Shown piece by piece: positions 17,610 through 27,226 of a stretch of DNA of 64,000 bases (position 1 is the first letter of the stretch; each line of letters starts with the position of its first letter). Where the stretch lies: contig CAVPOC010000003.1 of NCBI GenBank assembly GCA_963706955.1, positions 416,001-480,000 on the forward strand, given 5' to 3'. Below the pieces are notes generated by a model that saw only the letters and a list, made by a program, of their open reading frames with translations, searched no databases and had not been told where the DNA came from. Both the position numbers and the translations under genes were made by a program. Source of the DNA: an uncultured Verrucomicrobiae bacterium (GTDB lineage: Bacteria; Verrucomicrobiota; Verrucomicrobiia; Chthoniobacterales; Terrimicrobiaceae).

Positions 17610-18932
17610 TCAGTAGTAGCGCGCCGGCTGGCCGGTAGACTCGAGGAGCGAAAGCCAGAGATCGCCGCCGGGATCAACGGTTCGGCGGGCAGAAGTGGCT
17701 ACACCGACCGGAAGATGAACGTAGCTATTGTGCCAGCGAGCCACGACCAGAGCTGTCTTGCCGGCCATGCCGGCGTGGACAGCGGCTTGACCGAGGCGCA
17801 TGCAATAGGTGCGATCCTGCGGCGAAGCGGCGACACTGCGAATCATGTAGCTTGGGTCGATATACTTCAGCGTGAGCTCCGTCTTGCACTGCTGAAAATA
17901 CTCTTCGATTCTCTTTTTGAGAAAAACGCCGATGTCTCCAAGGCGCTTGTTCCCGGACGCGTCGGCTCCGGATGCTTCAACGAGATTCTGGCCGGCGCCC
18001 TCGGCAACGATGACGACGGAGTGCCCGCGCTGCATGACTCGTTGTCGGAGTTGTTCCAACAGGCCGTGATCACCCTCGAGCGCGAAGGGCACTTCGGGAA
18101 TAAGCACGCAATTGGCATCGCCGCTGGAGATGGCGGCTGAGCAGGCAATAAAACCGGAGTGACGGCCCATCAGCTTGACGAGCCCGATGCCATTGCGGGC
18201 ACTGCGCGCTTCCGTATGCGCCGCGGCAATTGCATCGACGGCCGCAGCGCAGGCGGTTTCGTATCCAAAACTCTTGTCCATATAGGCCATATCGTTGTCG
18301 ATCGTCTTGGGAACGCCCACCACCGCCAGTCTATAGCCGCGCCGCAAAGCTTCTTCCCCGATGTCTTTACCGCCGCGCTGCGTGCCATCGCCGCCGACAA
18401 CGAAAAGAATATTCACCTTCAACTCGATGAGCTGATCCACCATCCGCCTGGTCTCCTGAGGCCCGCGCGAAGTGCCGAGCGCTGTTCCCCCAAACCGGTG
18501 GATGTTGGTGACATAGGAGGGCGTCAGATTAATCAGCCGATGTCCATAATCCGGGATTAGGCCTTCAAAGCCGTAGGCAATGCCGAGCGTGCGCGGAACC
18601 TTGTAGCGATAGTAGGCCTGCATCACAATCGAACGAATCACATCGTTGAGGCCCGGACACAGGCCACCACAGGTCACGATCGCGCAAGTAGTGTCCTCCG
18701 GTTTGAAGAAGATTTTCCTCCGCGGCCCGGCCGCCTCGAAACAAAGAGGCTCCTCGCCGCGTTCGAACGTGCCCTGGATGTGCGCGAGATTGTGATCGAG
18801 GAGGACTCGCGAGTCGTCGCCATAAAACGCGTGGGTCCTGCCAGTCTCCTGAAACTGTTGATCGAGAGGCGAAATGATCGTGCGTTCGCCGAGAGCTTTG
18901 ATGGCGAGATCTTCCGGTTTGAATTCAGCCAT
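17610..18932 (-). CDS. pfkA: ATP-dependent 6-phosphofructokinase (long, clade X-like)
   Basis: TCGGLCPGLN, GGDGT, PKTIDND, MGRHSGFIA and YIDPSYMIRS motifs. Confidence 0.93.
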   Translation of the reverse strand: MAEFKPEDLAIKALGERTIISPLDQQFQETGRTHAFYGDDSRVLLDHNLAHIQGTFERGEEPLCFEAAGPRRKIFFKPEDTTCAIVTCGGLCPGLNDVIRSIVMQAYYRYKVPRTLGIAYGFEGLIPDYGHRLINLTPSYVTNIHRFGGTALGTSRGPQETRRMVDQLIELKVNILFVVGGDGTQRGGKDIGEEALRRGYRLAVVGVPKTIDNDMAYMDKSFGYETACAAAVDAIAAAHTEARSARNGIGLVKLMGRHSGFIACSAAISSGDANCVLIPEVPFALEGDHGLLEQLRQRVMQRGHSVVIVAEGAGQNLVEASGADASGNKRLGDIGVFLKKRIEEYFQQCKTELTLKYIDPSYMIRSVAASPQDRTYCMRLGQAAVHAGMAGKTALVVARWHNSYVHLPVGVATSARRTVDPGGDLWLSLLESTGQPARYY

Positions 18933-19008
18933 GGCCTGATGCCCCGGTACATTAAAGCTGAAGAGGTGGCGAGAGATTTTTGATCGCTAGGACTCGCGCC
19001 GGGAAGGC

Positions 19009-20718
19009 CTACATTCTTTCGGGCGCCTCGATTCCGAGAAGATTCAAACCTGCTTGCAGAACGCGAGCAGTGACATCGCACATGACGAGTCGTGTGGCGC
19101 GGCTGTCGGCCGTTTCGGCCTTTAATACCGGACACGCTTCGTAGAACGCGTGAAAAACGATGGCCAAATCGTAGAGGTAATTGGCAAGAAGGTTGGGGCG
19201 AAAATCGTCGAGAACGAGTGGGACCACCTCGCCAAACTGAAGGAGCTGGATTGCGAGCGCACGTTCTTCAGGCGCCGCAAGCATCAATTCCTCTGGCACC
19301 GCGAATTCGCCTTCCAACTTCCGGAAAATCGAACGGATGCGCACATAGGCATTTTGAAGATATGGAGCGGTATTGCCCTGAAAGGAAAGCATCTTGCTCC
19401 AGGAGAAAACGTAATCGGTCATCCGGTGCTGAGAGAGTTCGGCATACTTCACCGCCCCAAGACCGATCGTCCGCGCGATCTCCTCAGCCTCGCGCGCACT
19501 GAGCTCGGGTCGCTTTTCCGCGACGATCGCACCGGCACGCTCGATCGCCTCGCCCAAGAGCTCTGCCAGCCCAACCGTCTCGCCCGAACGGGTCCGCATA
19601 ATTTTGCGGTCCTCGCCCAGGATGCTCCCGAAGGCGATATGCTCCAGATCCGCAGTCACGCCCATCTTCCGGCCGGCAGCGAAGATCTGCTGAAAATGGA
19701 GCGACTGCGGAGCGCCGACCACGTACCAGATCGCCGCGGGATTCCAGCGGCCGACGCGGTATTCCATCGTGGCGAGATCCGTGGTCGCATAGAGAAATCC
19801 TCCATCACTTTTCCGAACGATCAGCGGCTTGTCCGCCAAGGCCGGGATTTCTCGAAAGAATATGCACAGCGCGCTTTCACTTATTTCAGCCACACCAATC
19901 GCGGCGAGCCTGTCACACAATGGAGCCAGCGCATCGTTGTAAAAGCTTTCCCCAAGTCGTTCGTCAAAGCGAATTCCCAGCAGATCGTAGAGCTTTTGGA
20001 ATTCGCGCCAGGATAGCTCGACCGTTCGACGCCATATCGCTCTGTTTTCTTGGTCGCCTGCCTGCAGCTTGACGAGTTCATCGCGCACCGCCCTTCGCAC
20101 GGACTCGTCCGCTTCCTCCAAAAGAGTTACTTCGCGATAAAGTCGGACCAACTCGGTGATCGCATTTGCTGCGAGAGCCGCCTCATCGAGCAAATGCTTC
20201 CATCCATAAATAACCCTCCCGAACTGGGTCCCCCAGTCACCCAGATGATTGTCGGTAACGACGGGGTGCCCCACAAAGCGGGCGACGCGAGCCAAACAAT
20301 CCCCGAGAATTGTGCTTCGAATGTGTCCGACGTGCATCGGCTTCGCCACGTTCGGGGAACTGAAATCGATGACAATTGTTCCGACCGGCTGCACCGTGTC
20401 GACTCCGAGTTTCGGATCGCGCGCGACAGCGACGATCCCTCTCGCCAGAAAACCAGCCGTCAGCCGAAAATTGATGAAACCGGCACCCTCGATTTCGGGC
20501 GCCTCAGAAATATCGCGGAGGTCCAGAGCAGTGACGATTTGCCGTGCAATTTCCCGCGGGGAAACCCGGTTCTTCCGGGCGAGCGTCATCGCCACATTGG
20601 TCTGGTAATCGCCGAAGCGCGGGTCGGAAGCGGGCACGACCTCGGGCGCGGTGTCTGGAAAGCTCTTTTCCAGCGCCAATTTCAGCCGTTGTGTCAGGAT
20701 CTCGCGCGGTGTCGCCAT
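19009..20718 (-). CDS. argS: Arginine--tRNA ligase
   Basis: FGDYQTN, GFINF, SSPNVAKPMHVGHIRST and GNTAPYLQNAYVRI motifs. Confidence 0.97.
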   Translation of the reverse strand: MATPREILTQRLKLALEKSFPDTAPEVVPASDPRFGDYQTNVAMTLARKNRVSPREIARQIVTALDLRDISEAPEIEGAGFINFRLTAGFLARGIVAVARDPKLGVDTVQPVGTIVIDFSSPNVAKPMHVGHIRSTILGDCLARVARFVGHPVVTDNHLGDWGTQFGRVIYGWKHLLDEAALAANAITELVRLYREVTLLEEADESVRRAVRDELVKLQAGDQENRAIWRRTVELSWREFQKLYDLLGIRFDERLGESFYNDALAPLCDRLAAIGVAEISESALCIFFREIPALADKPLIVRKSDGGFLYATTDLATMEYRVGRWNPAAIWYVVGAPQSLHFQQIFAAGRKMGVTADLEHIAFGSILGEDRKIMRTRSGETVGLAELLGEAIERAGAIVAEKRPELSAREAEEIARTIGLGAVKYAELSQHRMTDYVFSWSKMLSFQGNTAPYLQNAYVRIRSIFRKLEGEFAVPEELMLAAPEERALAIQLLQFGEVVPLVLDDFRPNLLANYLYDLAIVFHAFYEACPVLKAETADSRATRLVMCDVTARVLQAGLNLLGIEAPERM

Positions 20719-21185
20719 CAGCTGCGTGGCGAACGGCTCTCGAAAACACGGAGAATTTGCGCAGCATCTTGCGCCTTACTCAGTTCATCACGGACAGACT
20801 TGTCATTGAGAAATTTGGCGATGGCCGCAAGCGTCCGCAGATGAGTCTGGAATTGATCCTTGGGAACGACAAAGAGCACTACAAAGAAGACTGGCTGTCC
20901 GTCGAGAGAATCAAATTCAATTCCCTTGGTGGAGCGACCGAAGGCGGCTACGACATCTTCGACCTTGTCGGAGGAGGCGTGCGGGATGGCGATTCCGAAC
21001 CCGATGCCGGTGCTCATGGTTTGCTCACGCTGCTTGATCGAGTCCAGAACGAGTTCGCGTTCATCTTCGCGCACCTTGCCGGCATTCACGAGCACATCCA
21101 CCAATTCTCCAATAGCCTCCCATCGAGCCGTCGTCTTCATGTCCGGCACGATCTGTTCGGCCGATAAGAGATTTGCCAACGTCAT
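20718..21185 (-). CDS. PTS IIA (fructose/Ntr-type) domain protein
   Basis: RE..MSTGIGFGIAIPHA, GIEFDSLDG and HLRTLA motifs; stop overlaps the argS start. Confidence 0.92.
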   Translation of the reverse strand: MTLANLLSAEQIVPDMKTTARWEAIGELVDVLVNAGKVREDERELVLDSIKQREQTMSTGIGFGIAIPHASSDKVEDVVAAFGRSTKGIEFDSLDGQPVFFVVLFVVPKDQFQTHLRTLAAIAKFLNDKSVRDELSKAQDAAQILRVFESRSPRS

Positions 21186-21366
21186 GATCTGAACCGGGCA
21201 AGGCTACAAATCAGGAAGGCGATGACAAGTGGGATTATCTGAAAGGGAAGGTGCGCGCAATCGTGAGGGGTGCCATTTCTCTTTCCGCAGCAGGCGAGCG
21301 GCCGTTGGATTCGAACGGCCGCTCGACAACAGACTCGTCGCTCCCGCGGCTCTGAGCCGATGCCAG

Positions 21367-21558
21367 CTACATACTCGCGTCCTGAATGGCGCGCTGGATC
21401 TCTTCTTTCGTCTTGCCGAGCTTTTGCTGAAGGCGCCCGACCAATTGGTCTTCGTTGCCTTCGCTGTAGGCAAGATCGTCGTCGGTAAGTTCGCCATAGG
21501 CTTGCTTGAGTTTTCCCTTGATGACGTTCCAGTTACCTTTGATCTGCAGTTCGTTCAT
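21367..21558 (-). CDS. csbD: CsbD-family stress protein
   Basis: IKGNW...[16 protein letters not shown]...[10 protein letters not shown]. Confidence 0.92.
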   Translation of the reverse strand: MNELQIKGNWNVIKGKLKQAYGELTDDDLAYSEGNEDQLVGRLQQKLGKTKEEIQRAIQDASM

Positions 21559-21700
21559 ACCCGTCCTTCGCTAAACGCCCGCGCGTCGGATGGGTCAGCC
21601 TCGAAATTGTTAGACGATCAGCGAAGGGAAGCTGGGCGAGAAGATGAAGGTGAATTTGACTCGTTAACGGTCGGAAAACGACTAAAATGACACAAGAGAC

Positions 21701-24112
21701 ATGGCGCGAATCCTGAAGCTTGTCATCGCCTTCCTTGCACTCGTCGGCGCCACGCTGGCGGTCGCGGCATTTCTGTTCGTCTATCCGAAATACCGGGAAT
21801 ACCAACGGGTGGCAGACAGCTTCGATCTGGCAGAGTTGGACAATATTCCCGCGATATCTGAAGTGTTCGATTACGCGGGCCTACGCTACAGCAAGCTTGA
21901 AGGTCAGGTGCGCTACGTTGTGCCGCTCTCGCAGATCTCTCCAAATTTCATCAATGCACTGATGGCACGGGAAGACGCGCGATTCTACAAACATCGCGGT
22001 GTAGACCTCACCGGTATCGCGCGCGCAGCGATGCGCAACGTGAATGCGCGCAACGTGAAGGAAGGAGCCAGCACGATTACACAACAACTGGCCCGAAACA
22101 CGTTCGATCTCGGCGAGGATCGCTGGCGGAAGAAGTTTGTCGAAGCCTTGCTCGCCCTCCGAATCGAAAAAAGTTTGAGCAAGGACAAGATCCTGGAGGC
22201 CTACGCGAACAGGATCTACTACGGCCTCGGACTGTATGGGGTGGAAACGGCCTCGCGCGCCTGCTTTGGCAAGTCGGCGAACGAGCTCACGCTCTCCGAG
22301 GCCGCCATCCTTGCCGGGCTGATCAGGAGCCCGAACCGTCTCACGCCATTGGGCGACAGCCGCACAGCCCTGGCCGAGCGGGATCAGGTTCTCGGCAGGA
22401 TGGAAGAGCTCAAAATGGTTACTCCCGAAGAGGCCAAAGCGGCGCGAGCCGAGCCGATACCTCTTACCAAGACGCTCCTTCCCAGCACCCAGGAAAATTA
22501 CGCGATGGATGCCGTCATGCGCGACCTCGCTATCCTTCTTCCCAAGGACATCATCGACCGAGGAGGGCTGAAGATTTACACAACGATCGACCCCAGGCTC
22601 CAGATGATTGCCGAGGAGGCCGTGGAATCCAAACTGGCCGAACTGGAGTCGTCGAAAGGTTGGATACATCCGAAGCGTGTCCCGCTGGCTGACACCGGCC
22701 CGCAGTCCGATGCGGAAAAACCGACCGAGTCTCCCTACGTCCAAGGTGCCCTGGTCGCCATCGACAATGAAGCCGGCGGGATCCGGGCCATCGTCGGCGG
22801 ACGGAACTTTAAGGAAAGCCCCTACAATCGTGCTTTGCTCGCCAAGCGTCAGGTCGGGTCGACCTTCAAGCCATTCGTCTATGCGGCCGCATTCAGCAAG
22901 GGAATGACCCCTGGAATGCTGGTTGATGATTCGCCAATTCGCGAGGGAGACATCGCAGGCCTGGTCACATCATGGTCGCCGCGAAATTCGGACGGCGAGA
23001 ACGAAGGCTTGCAGCCGGCGGCGCTCGGCCTCATTCGATCACGCAATACCATGACGGTCCGTGTCGGCGAATTCGCCACCAGAGCGGAGGTGCGGGCGCT
23101 CGCGCTCAAGGCCGGCCTTGAGAATGTTCCCGATGTTCCCGCCATATATCTCGGAGCTTTCGAAACAACGCTCAAGGACATCACCGCCGCGTATACGATG
23201 TTTCCCAACAACGGCGTCCGGCGACAACCATACATCATCGAGTCGATCCAAGATCGCTACGGTAAAACCATCTACAAGGCGACCCGGGCAGAACTTCGCT
23301 GCATCAATCCCGACGTGGACTACGTCATGAATGAGCTGCTCCGAGACGTCATCCGAAAAGGCACCGCGACCGCTGCGATGTCACTCGGCCTCACCGTTCC
23401 CGCCGCCGGCAAAACCGGCACCACTGACGATTACAAGGATGCCTGGTTTATCGGCTATACCACACGCTTGACCTGTGGAGCCTGGGTGGGCATGGACAGA
23501 CCCGAGAGGATCGCCGATCGCGGCTACGGAAGTAAGCTCGCTCTCCCCATCTGGGTGGACTTCATTCAAAACGCCTCGGCATGGAAATATATCGCCCAAA
23601 ACTTCGTTGTTCCCGGCAACCTTCAGAGTGTCGAGCTCTGCCGCACGTCAGGCGCCCTGGCCGCTCCTGAGTGCAAATTTGCCAGAACAAGTTACCAGGC
23701 CCAACTTCCCCAAAATATGATCCCTCGAAAGCATTGCGGCGATCACACCGGACTTCTGGCCAGCTTTCCGACTACCAGCTCCGGCAGCAATCCTGCACCG
23801 GCAAGCTATGCGTCGAGCGCCGACGCTCCCCCAAGAGCAGTGCCTGTCGCCCCCGCGGTGCCGTTGCAGGCTCCCCCGATAACAGCGCAGACCGCCGCTC
23901 TTCCGGCCGGCGAACCGCCGAGTCTCGCCGGTCCGATTCCGCCACCAGCCTTCGCTGCGCCGCCCCTGGCGCCGCCGGGCCTCGCCGCTCCCGCTGGTCC
24001 CGCTGGTCCCGCCACCGTAGGCGAGACATCTGCCGAGCAGACGCCTCCCCCAGGTGCAAACTATCGAATGATCCGCCGGCAGAATGGCTTCATTTTCGAA
24101 AATTCCCGCTGA
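21701..24112 (+). CDS. Class A penicillin-binding protein (PBP1A family) with a Pro/Ala-rich tail
   Basis: N-terminal TM; EDARFYKHRG and GASTITQQL (transglycosylase); STFK, SRN, KTGT (transpeptidase). Confidence 0.95.
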   Translation: MARILKLVIAFLALVGATLAVAAFLFVYPKYREYQRVADSFDLAELDNIPAISEVFDYAGLRYSKLEGQVRYVVPLSQISPNFINALMAREDARFYKHRGVDLTGIARAAMRNVNARNVKEGASTITQQLARNTFDLGEDRWRKKFVEALLALRIEKSLSKDKILEAYANRIYYGLGLYGVETASRACFGKSANELTLSEAAILAGLIRSPNRLTPLGDSRTALAERDQVLGRMEELKMVTPEEAKAARAEPIPLTKTLLPSTQENYAMDAVMRDLAILLPKDIIDRGGLKIYTTIDPRLQMIAEEAVESKLAELESSKGWIHPKRVPLADTGPQSDAEKPTESPYVQGALVAIDNEAGGIRAIVGGRNFKESPYNRALLAKRQVGSTFKPFVYAAAFSKGMTPGMLVDDSPIREGDIAGLVTSWSPRNSDGENEGLQPAALGLIRSRNTMTVRVGEFATRAEVRALALKAGLENVPDVPAIYLGAFETTLKDITAAYTMFPNNGVRRQPYIIESIQDRYGKTIYKATRAELRCINPDVDYVMNELLRDVIRKGTATAAMSLGLTVPAAGKTGTTDDYKDAWFIGYTTRLTCGAWVGMDRPERIADRGYGSKLALPIWVDFIQNASAWKYIAQNFVVPGNLQSVELCRTSGALAAPECKFARTSYQAQLPQNMIPRKHCGDHTGLLASFPTTSSGSNPAPASYASSADAPPRAVPVAPAVPLQAPPITAQTAALPAGEPPSLAGPIPPPAFAAPPLAPPGLAAPAGPAGPATVGETSAEQTPPPGANYRMIRRQNGFIFENSR

Positions 24113-24133
24113 AGTGATATTTCGCCGCGCCGT

Positions 24134-24193
24134 TGTAGCGACGATGTCCCCATCGTCGAGGGGCACTCCGGCGGTGGGGACGCCGCCTCTACA
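24134..24193. repeat. GTAG-type REP inverted doublet (family 1)
   Basis: TGTAGCGACGATGTCCCCATCGTCG and inverted CGGCGGTGGGGACGCCGCCTCTACA. Confidence 0.85.
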
Positions 24194-24243
24194 GCTGTGG
24201 ATCTCGCTGGGGAACCCGTCGATTTAAGCTCTGCCTGACTGGC

Positions 24244-24882
24244 TCACTCCAAGCTCTTGCGGAGGAAGGCGGAAAACGCCGAGACTGAGGAGAACAGGAA
24301 ATCAGGCCGCATCTGCTCGAGTTCGGCAGCGTTGGCGGTCGGGGCCCACGCTGCCGCGGCGATCTTGATGTTGCAGTCCCGACACGCCTTCACGTCACTG
24401 GGAGCATCCCCCACGTACAATATTTCTTCGCGGGCCAGCGAGAACTCCTCGATTACCTCTTCGATCCTCCGGTCCTTTACCGGCCCCGAGGAGGCTCCCG
24501 TCTTGATGACATCGAAATAGTCTTCCAGTCCATAATGTTTCAGCGTGAGCTCGGTACTTCGTCTCCCCTTTCCTGTGATTAGGCCGACGAAAATTCGCTT
24601 CGTCTTCAGATAGGAAAGAATCTCCGGAATGCCCTCGAAAGGACTTGGCCAGCGGCAGTGCAGCTCTTCATATCGCCGCAGATATCTGTCCAATCCTTCT
24701 GCGCGTTGCTCAGGCAGGAGCACAGCAATCGTCCCTTCCTCAGAGGGACCGAAGGTCGCAACAATTTCGTCGTCCGTGACCGTCCGCCCCACCAATGGCT
24801 CGATCGACTCACGGAATGCCGTGATGCAGAGCGGCAGCGTATTACCGATCGTGCCATCCAGGTCGAGCAGAATTGCTTTCAC
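24244..24882 (-). CDS. HAD-superfamily hydrolase (phosphatase)
   Basis: DLDGT motif I, LITGK and YVGDAPSD motifs; GTG at 24882 preferred as start. Confidence 0.9.
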   Translation of the reverse strand: MKAILLDLDGTIGNTLPLCITAFRESIEPLVGRTVTDDEIVATFGPSEEGTIAVLLPEQRAEGLDRYLRRYEELHCRWPSPFEGIPEILSYLKTKRIFVGLITGKGRRSTELTLKHYGLEDYFDVIKTGASSGPVKDRRIEEVIEEFSLAREEILYVGDAPSDVKACRDCNIKIAAAAWAPTANAAELEQMRPDFLFSSVSAFSAFLRKSLE

Positions 24883-25154
24883 GCGAGGGTCAAAGTGAGC
24901 GCCCTTTTCGTTTGTATGCGGTGGCAGAGTTGCTGAAAGGAGCCGAGAAGACAACTGTGACCTTCCCGAAGCCTCTGTATCGGAAGCGAGAGGGACATCG
25001 GTCTTGCCCTCGCGGTTTTTGTAACGTCGGTGTCCCCACCGCTTGGGAAGCCCCTCAACCATAGGGACCGGTTGCGACAACTCTTCGGAGAAAAAAGCCC
25101 TACCACCAATCAGACACAATATTCAGGCATCATCTCGCCGGACAACAGCATCCT

Positions 25155-25206
25155 CGACGAGACGCCGGCACCACACGCGAGACGCAGCGAGACGCGCATG
25201 CTCCCA
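25155..25206. repeat. GGGAGC-type palindromic repeat arm (family 3)
   Basis: CGACGAGACGCCGGCACCACACGCGAGACG...CGCATGCTCCCA; inverted relative at 25881-25927; doublet at 48648-48790. Confidence 0.65.
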
Positions 25207-25229
25207 GAGCGCTTCAGTCGTAACACGCT

Positions 25230-25868
25230 TCAGCCCGCCGCAAGCTTCTGGAGATTTAGGGTGAAGGCAAGGCGAGTTCCAAAGAACTTGTGCTCTCGAA
25301 ATCCAGCGGCCTCCGCCAGTTGCGTCACTTTACGACGACTTTGAAAATGCGGATCAAAGATGAGTTCGGTCACCGAAAGTATGCCCCCCGGTTTCAGGGC
25401 ATCAAAAATTTCATGCAGCGCTGCCTGTTGATTCGGAATTTCGCCGAGCACTGCCACCAAGAGAGCCCGATCAAAGTGATTGCGCTCCAGTTTTCCCTCA
25501 CCCGCGCCTGCTTGAACAAAACGGATGTTCGGAAGATGAGCATTTTGGGCCTTTTCTTTGGCTCGCCTCAGCATTCCATCTTGGATATCGACGGCGACGA
25601 CCTCGCCTTTGGGAACCCGCTCTGCCAAAGGAACGGCAACTCTGCCGGGACCACAGCCGACGTCCAGCACCGCCATGTCATCTTCAAGCTCCAGATGCTC
25701 AATGATGGTCGCAGCGCGATTCGTGCGCGTAAACGGATTGTCGAGCTCGACGAACCAGCGCAACCAGACCGGACACGGTAGCGAACGACGACGCGATGCC
25801 AAACGCCAGGTGACCCCGACGAGCAAGAGCAGCCCGACGACTCCCAGAAGAATGCCCACTTTTTTCAT
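25230..25868 (-). CDS. Class I SAM-dependent methyltransferase with an N-terminal membrane anchor
   Basis: VLDVGCGPG, VDIQ and LKPGG motifs; hydrophobic N-terminus. Confidence 0.9.
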   Translation of the reverse strand: MKKVGILLGVVGLLLLVGVTWRLASRRRSLPCPVWLRWFVELDNPFTRTNRAATIIEHLELEDDMAVLDVGCGPGRVAVPLAERVPKGEVVAVDIQDGMLRRAKEKAQNAHLPNIRFVQAGAGEGKLERNHFDRALLVAVLGEIPNQQAALHEIFDALKPGGILSVTELIFDPHFQSRRKVTQLAEAAGFREHKFFGTRLAFTLNLQKLAAG

Positions 25869-25880
25869 GACGCGTCGCTT

Positions 25881-25927
25881 TGGGGAGCATACCCGTCCCA
25901 GATGTGGTGTCCGGCGTCCTCGCCGGA
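25881..25927. repeat. GGGAGC-type palindromic repeat arm (family 3)
   Basis: TGGGGAGCATACCCGTCCCAGATGTGGTGTCCGGCGTCCTCGCCGGA; reverse complement aligns by eye to 25155-25206. Confidence 0.65.
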
Positions 25928-26012
25928 CTCTCTCGATCCCGACAACGTCGCCTTGGGCGATCGTCCGGTAATCGACGGACCAGGCGTGTATGCGAATTTG
26001 CGTGACATGCCA

Positions 26013-26393
26013 TCAGCTCCGCGCACTGTTTGGTTCCGATTCTTCCTTAACCTCCATTAGGTAGGAAGTGAGTTTCTTGATTTGGGCGCCTGCCATCTCG
26101 AACGCATCGCAAAAAACCGCATGCAAAACTCCGCCCTCTTTGCGGTGAGCGCGCACGGTTCCTTCCGCGACCACGACATTGTTCTCTTCGGTGAGACGCG
26201 TCACAACGATCGTCGGACTTCCGGTAAATGCCTCGTTCTCGATCTCTTTGTCGAAGGACTCCTTCCCCCGGATATGGAACATTCCCGGAATGACCCATTC
26301 CACATCGTCGGTGAGACACGAGAGCACCATGGCATGATCGGACCTGCGAAATCCCTCCAGATACCGATCTACAGTCCTCTTGTTCTCAGTCAC
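26013..26393 (-). CDS. NTF2/SnoaL-like domain protein
   Basis: ENKRTVDRY, LTDDVEW..PG, VVVAEG and FCDAFEM patterns; GTG at 26393. Confidence 0.85.
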   Translation of the reverse strand: MTENKRTVDRYLEGFRRSDHAMVLSCLTDDVEWVIPGMFHIRGKESFDKEIENEAFTGSPTIVVTRLTEENNVVVAEGTVRAHRKEGGVLHAVFCDAFEMAGAQIKKLTSYLMEVKEESEPNSARS

Positions 26394-26442
26394 AAATTTT
26401 CTGACTTCGCGCGCCAATCTCTTCGGATTCGACGCCCGCGGC

Positions 26443-26652
26443 TCACTGCGACAGCGTTCTTCTCGCGCAATCGATAAGCCTTTCTCGTCCTGCGGAGGCC
26501 TGCATCGTTTCCTTACAGGAATTGACCGCCCTCTCAATGGCGGCGCGGGGCTTTCCCGGGAAGTCGCGACAAAGCTTATCCACCAGGTGTTCGATCTCCC
26601 AGTCCTGCCATGAGCTTTTCTCGCCGTAAGGGTTTGCCGGATCGTCTCGCAT
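26443..26652 (-). CDS. Small hypothetical protein (69 aa)
   Basis: ATG at 26652; helical pattern QDWEIEHLVDKL...AAIERAV; fills the gap between co-oriented genes. Confidence 0.5.
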   Translation of the reverse strand: MRDDPANPYGEKSSWQDWEIEHLVDKLCRDFPGKPRAAIERAVNSCKETMQASAGRERLIDCARRTLSQ

Positions 26653-26711
26653 GGCTAGCCCCAAGAAGCAACCATCTCCAACATCGGAAGTCGAGCGAGT
26701 GCGTTCAACCC

Positions 26712-27155
26712 TCAAGTTTCAACTTGCTTCGGCGACGGTAAGACTCCCATCTGCGCCATTAAACCGAGGGCGTCCATAATGATCCTCGTATCCTTGATCT
26801 TGCCATCAACGAAGCGGTCGATTGCAATCCCCCAGACGGATACCGAGCGTCCGGTTGCGGCAACGCCCAAGAATTCCCCTCGATGGGTGCCGCTCCAAAC
26901 AAATCGGCTGACGACCTTGTCACCTTCCTCGATCTGCTCTTCGACCGACCAATGCATGTCCGGAAATGCCACGAGAAAGCCGCGCAGGAGATCTTTCACA
27001 CCACTGAGTCCCGGGCCTTGTCCGGGAAATGGAGCCTGCTCGAGGACGTCTTCGTGAAAATACTTTCCGGTGGATTCGACATTGCCGCGATTGAGCACAT
27101 CATCGATGAACTCGCGAACCAAGTTGGCGTTGTTTTTCATTTGAGGGGAAATCAC
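26712..27155 (-). CDS. SnoaL-like ester cyclase family protein
   Basis: AFPD, EGDKVVSR, GTHRGEFLG..ATGR and RFVDGKI motifs; AGGAGG before the GTG. Confidence 0.9.
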   Translation of the reverse strand: MISPQMKNNANLVREFIDDVLNRGNVESTGKYFHEDVLEQAPFPGQGPGLSGVKDLLRGFLVAFPDMHWSVEEQIEEGDKVVSRFVWSGTHRGEFLGVAATGRSVSVWGIAIDRFVDGKIKDTRIIMDALGLMAQMGVLPSPKQVET

Positions 27156-27226
27156 TTTTCCTCCTACTGCTTGTCGGTTAGCCGGTCAAGCGGCGCTATG
27201 GTCATTGTCTGATCAAGAACTTTGAG

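Noticed and set aside
21295..21325. 12-bp hairpin containing GTTCGAATCC on the minus strand, like a tRNA T-loop
   Set aside because: Flanks do not form a T-stem or cloverleaf and there is no CCA end; more likely a plain hairpin downstream of csbD
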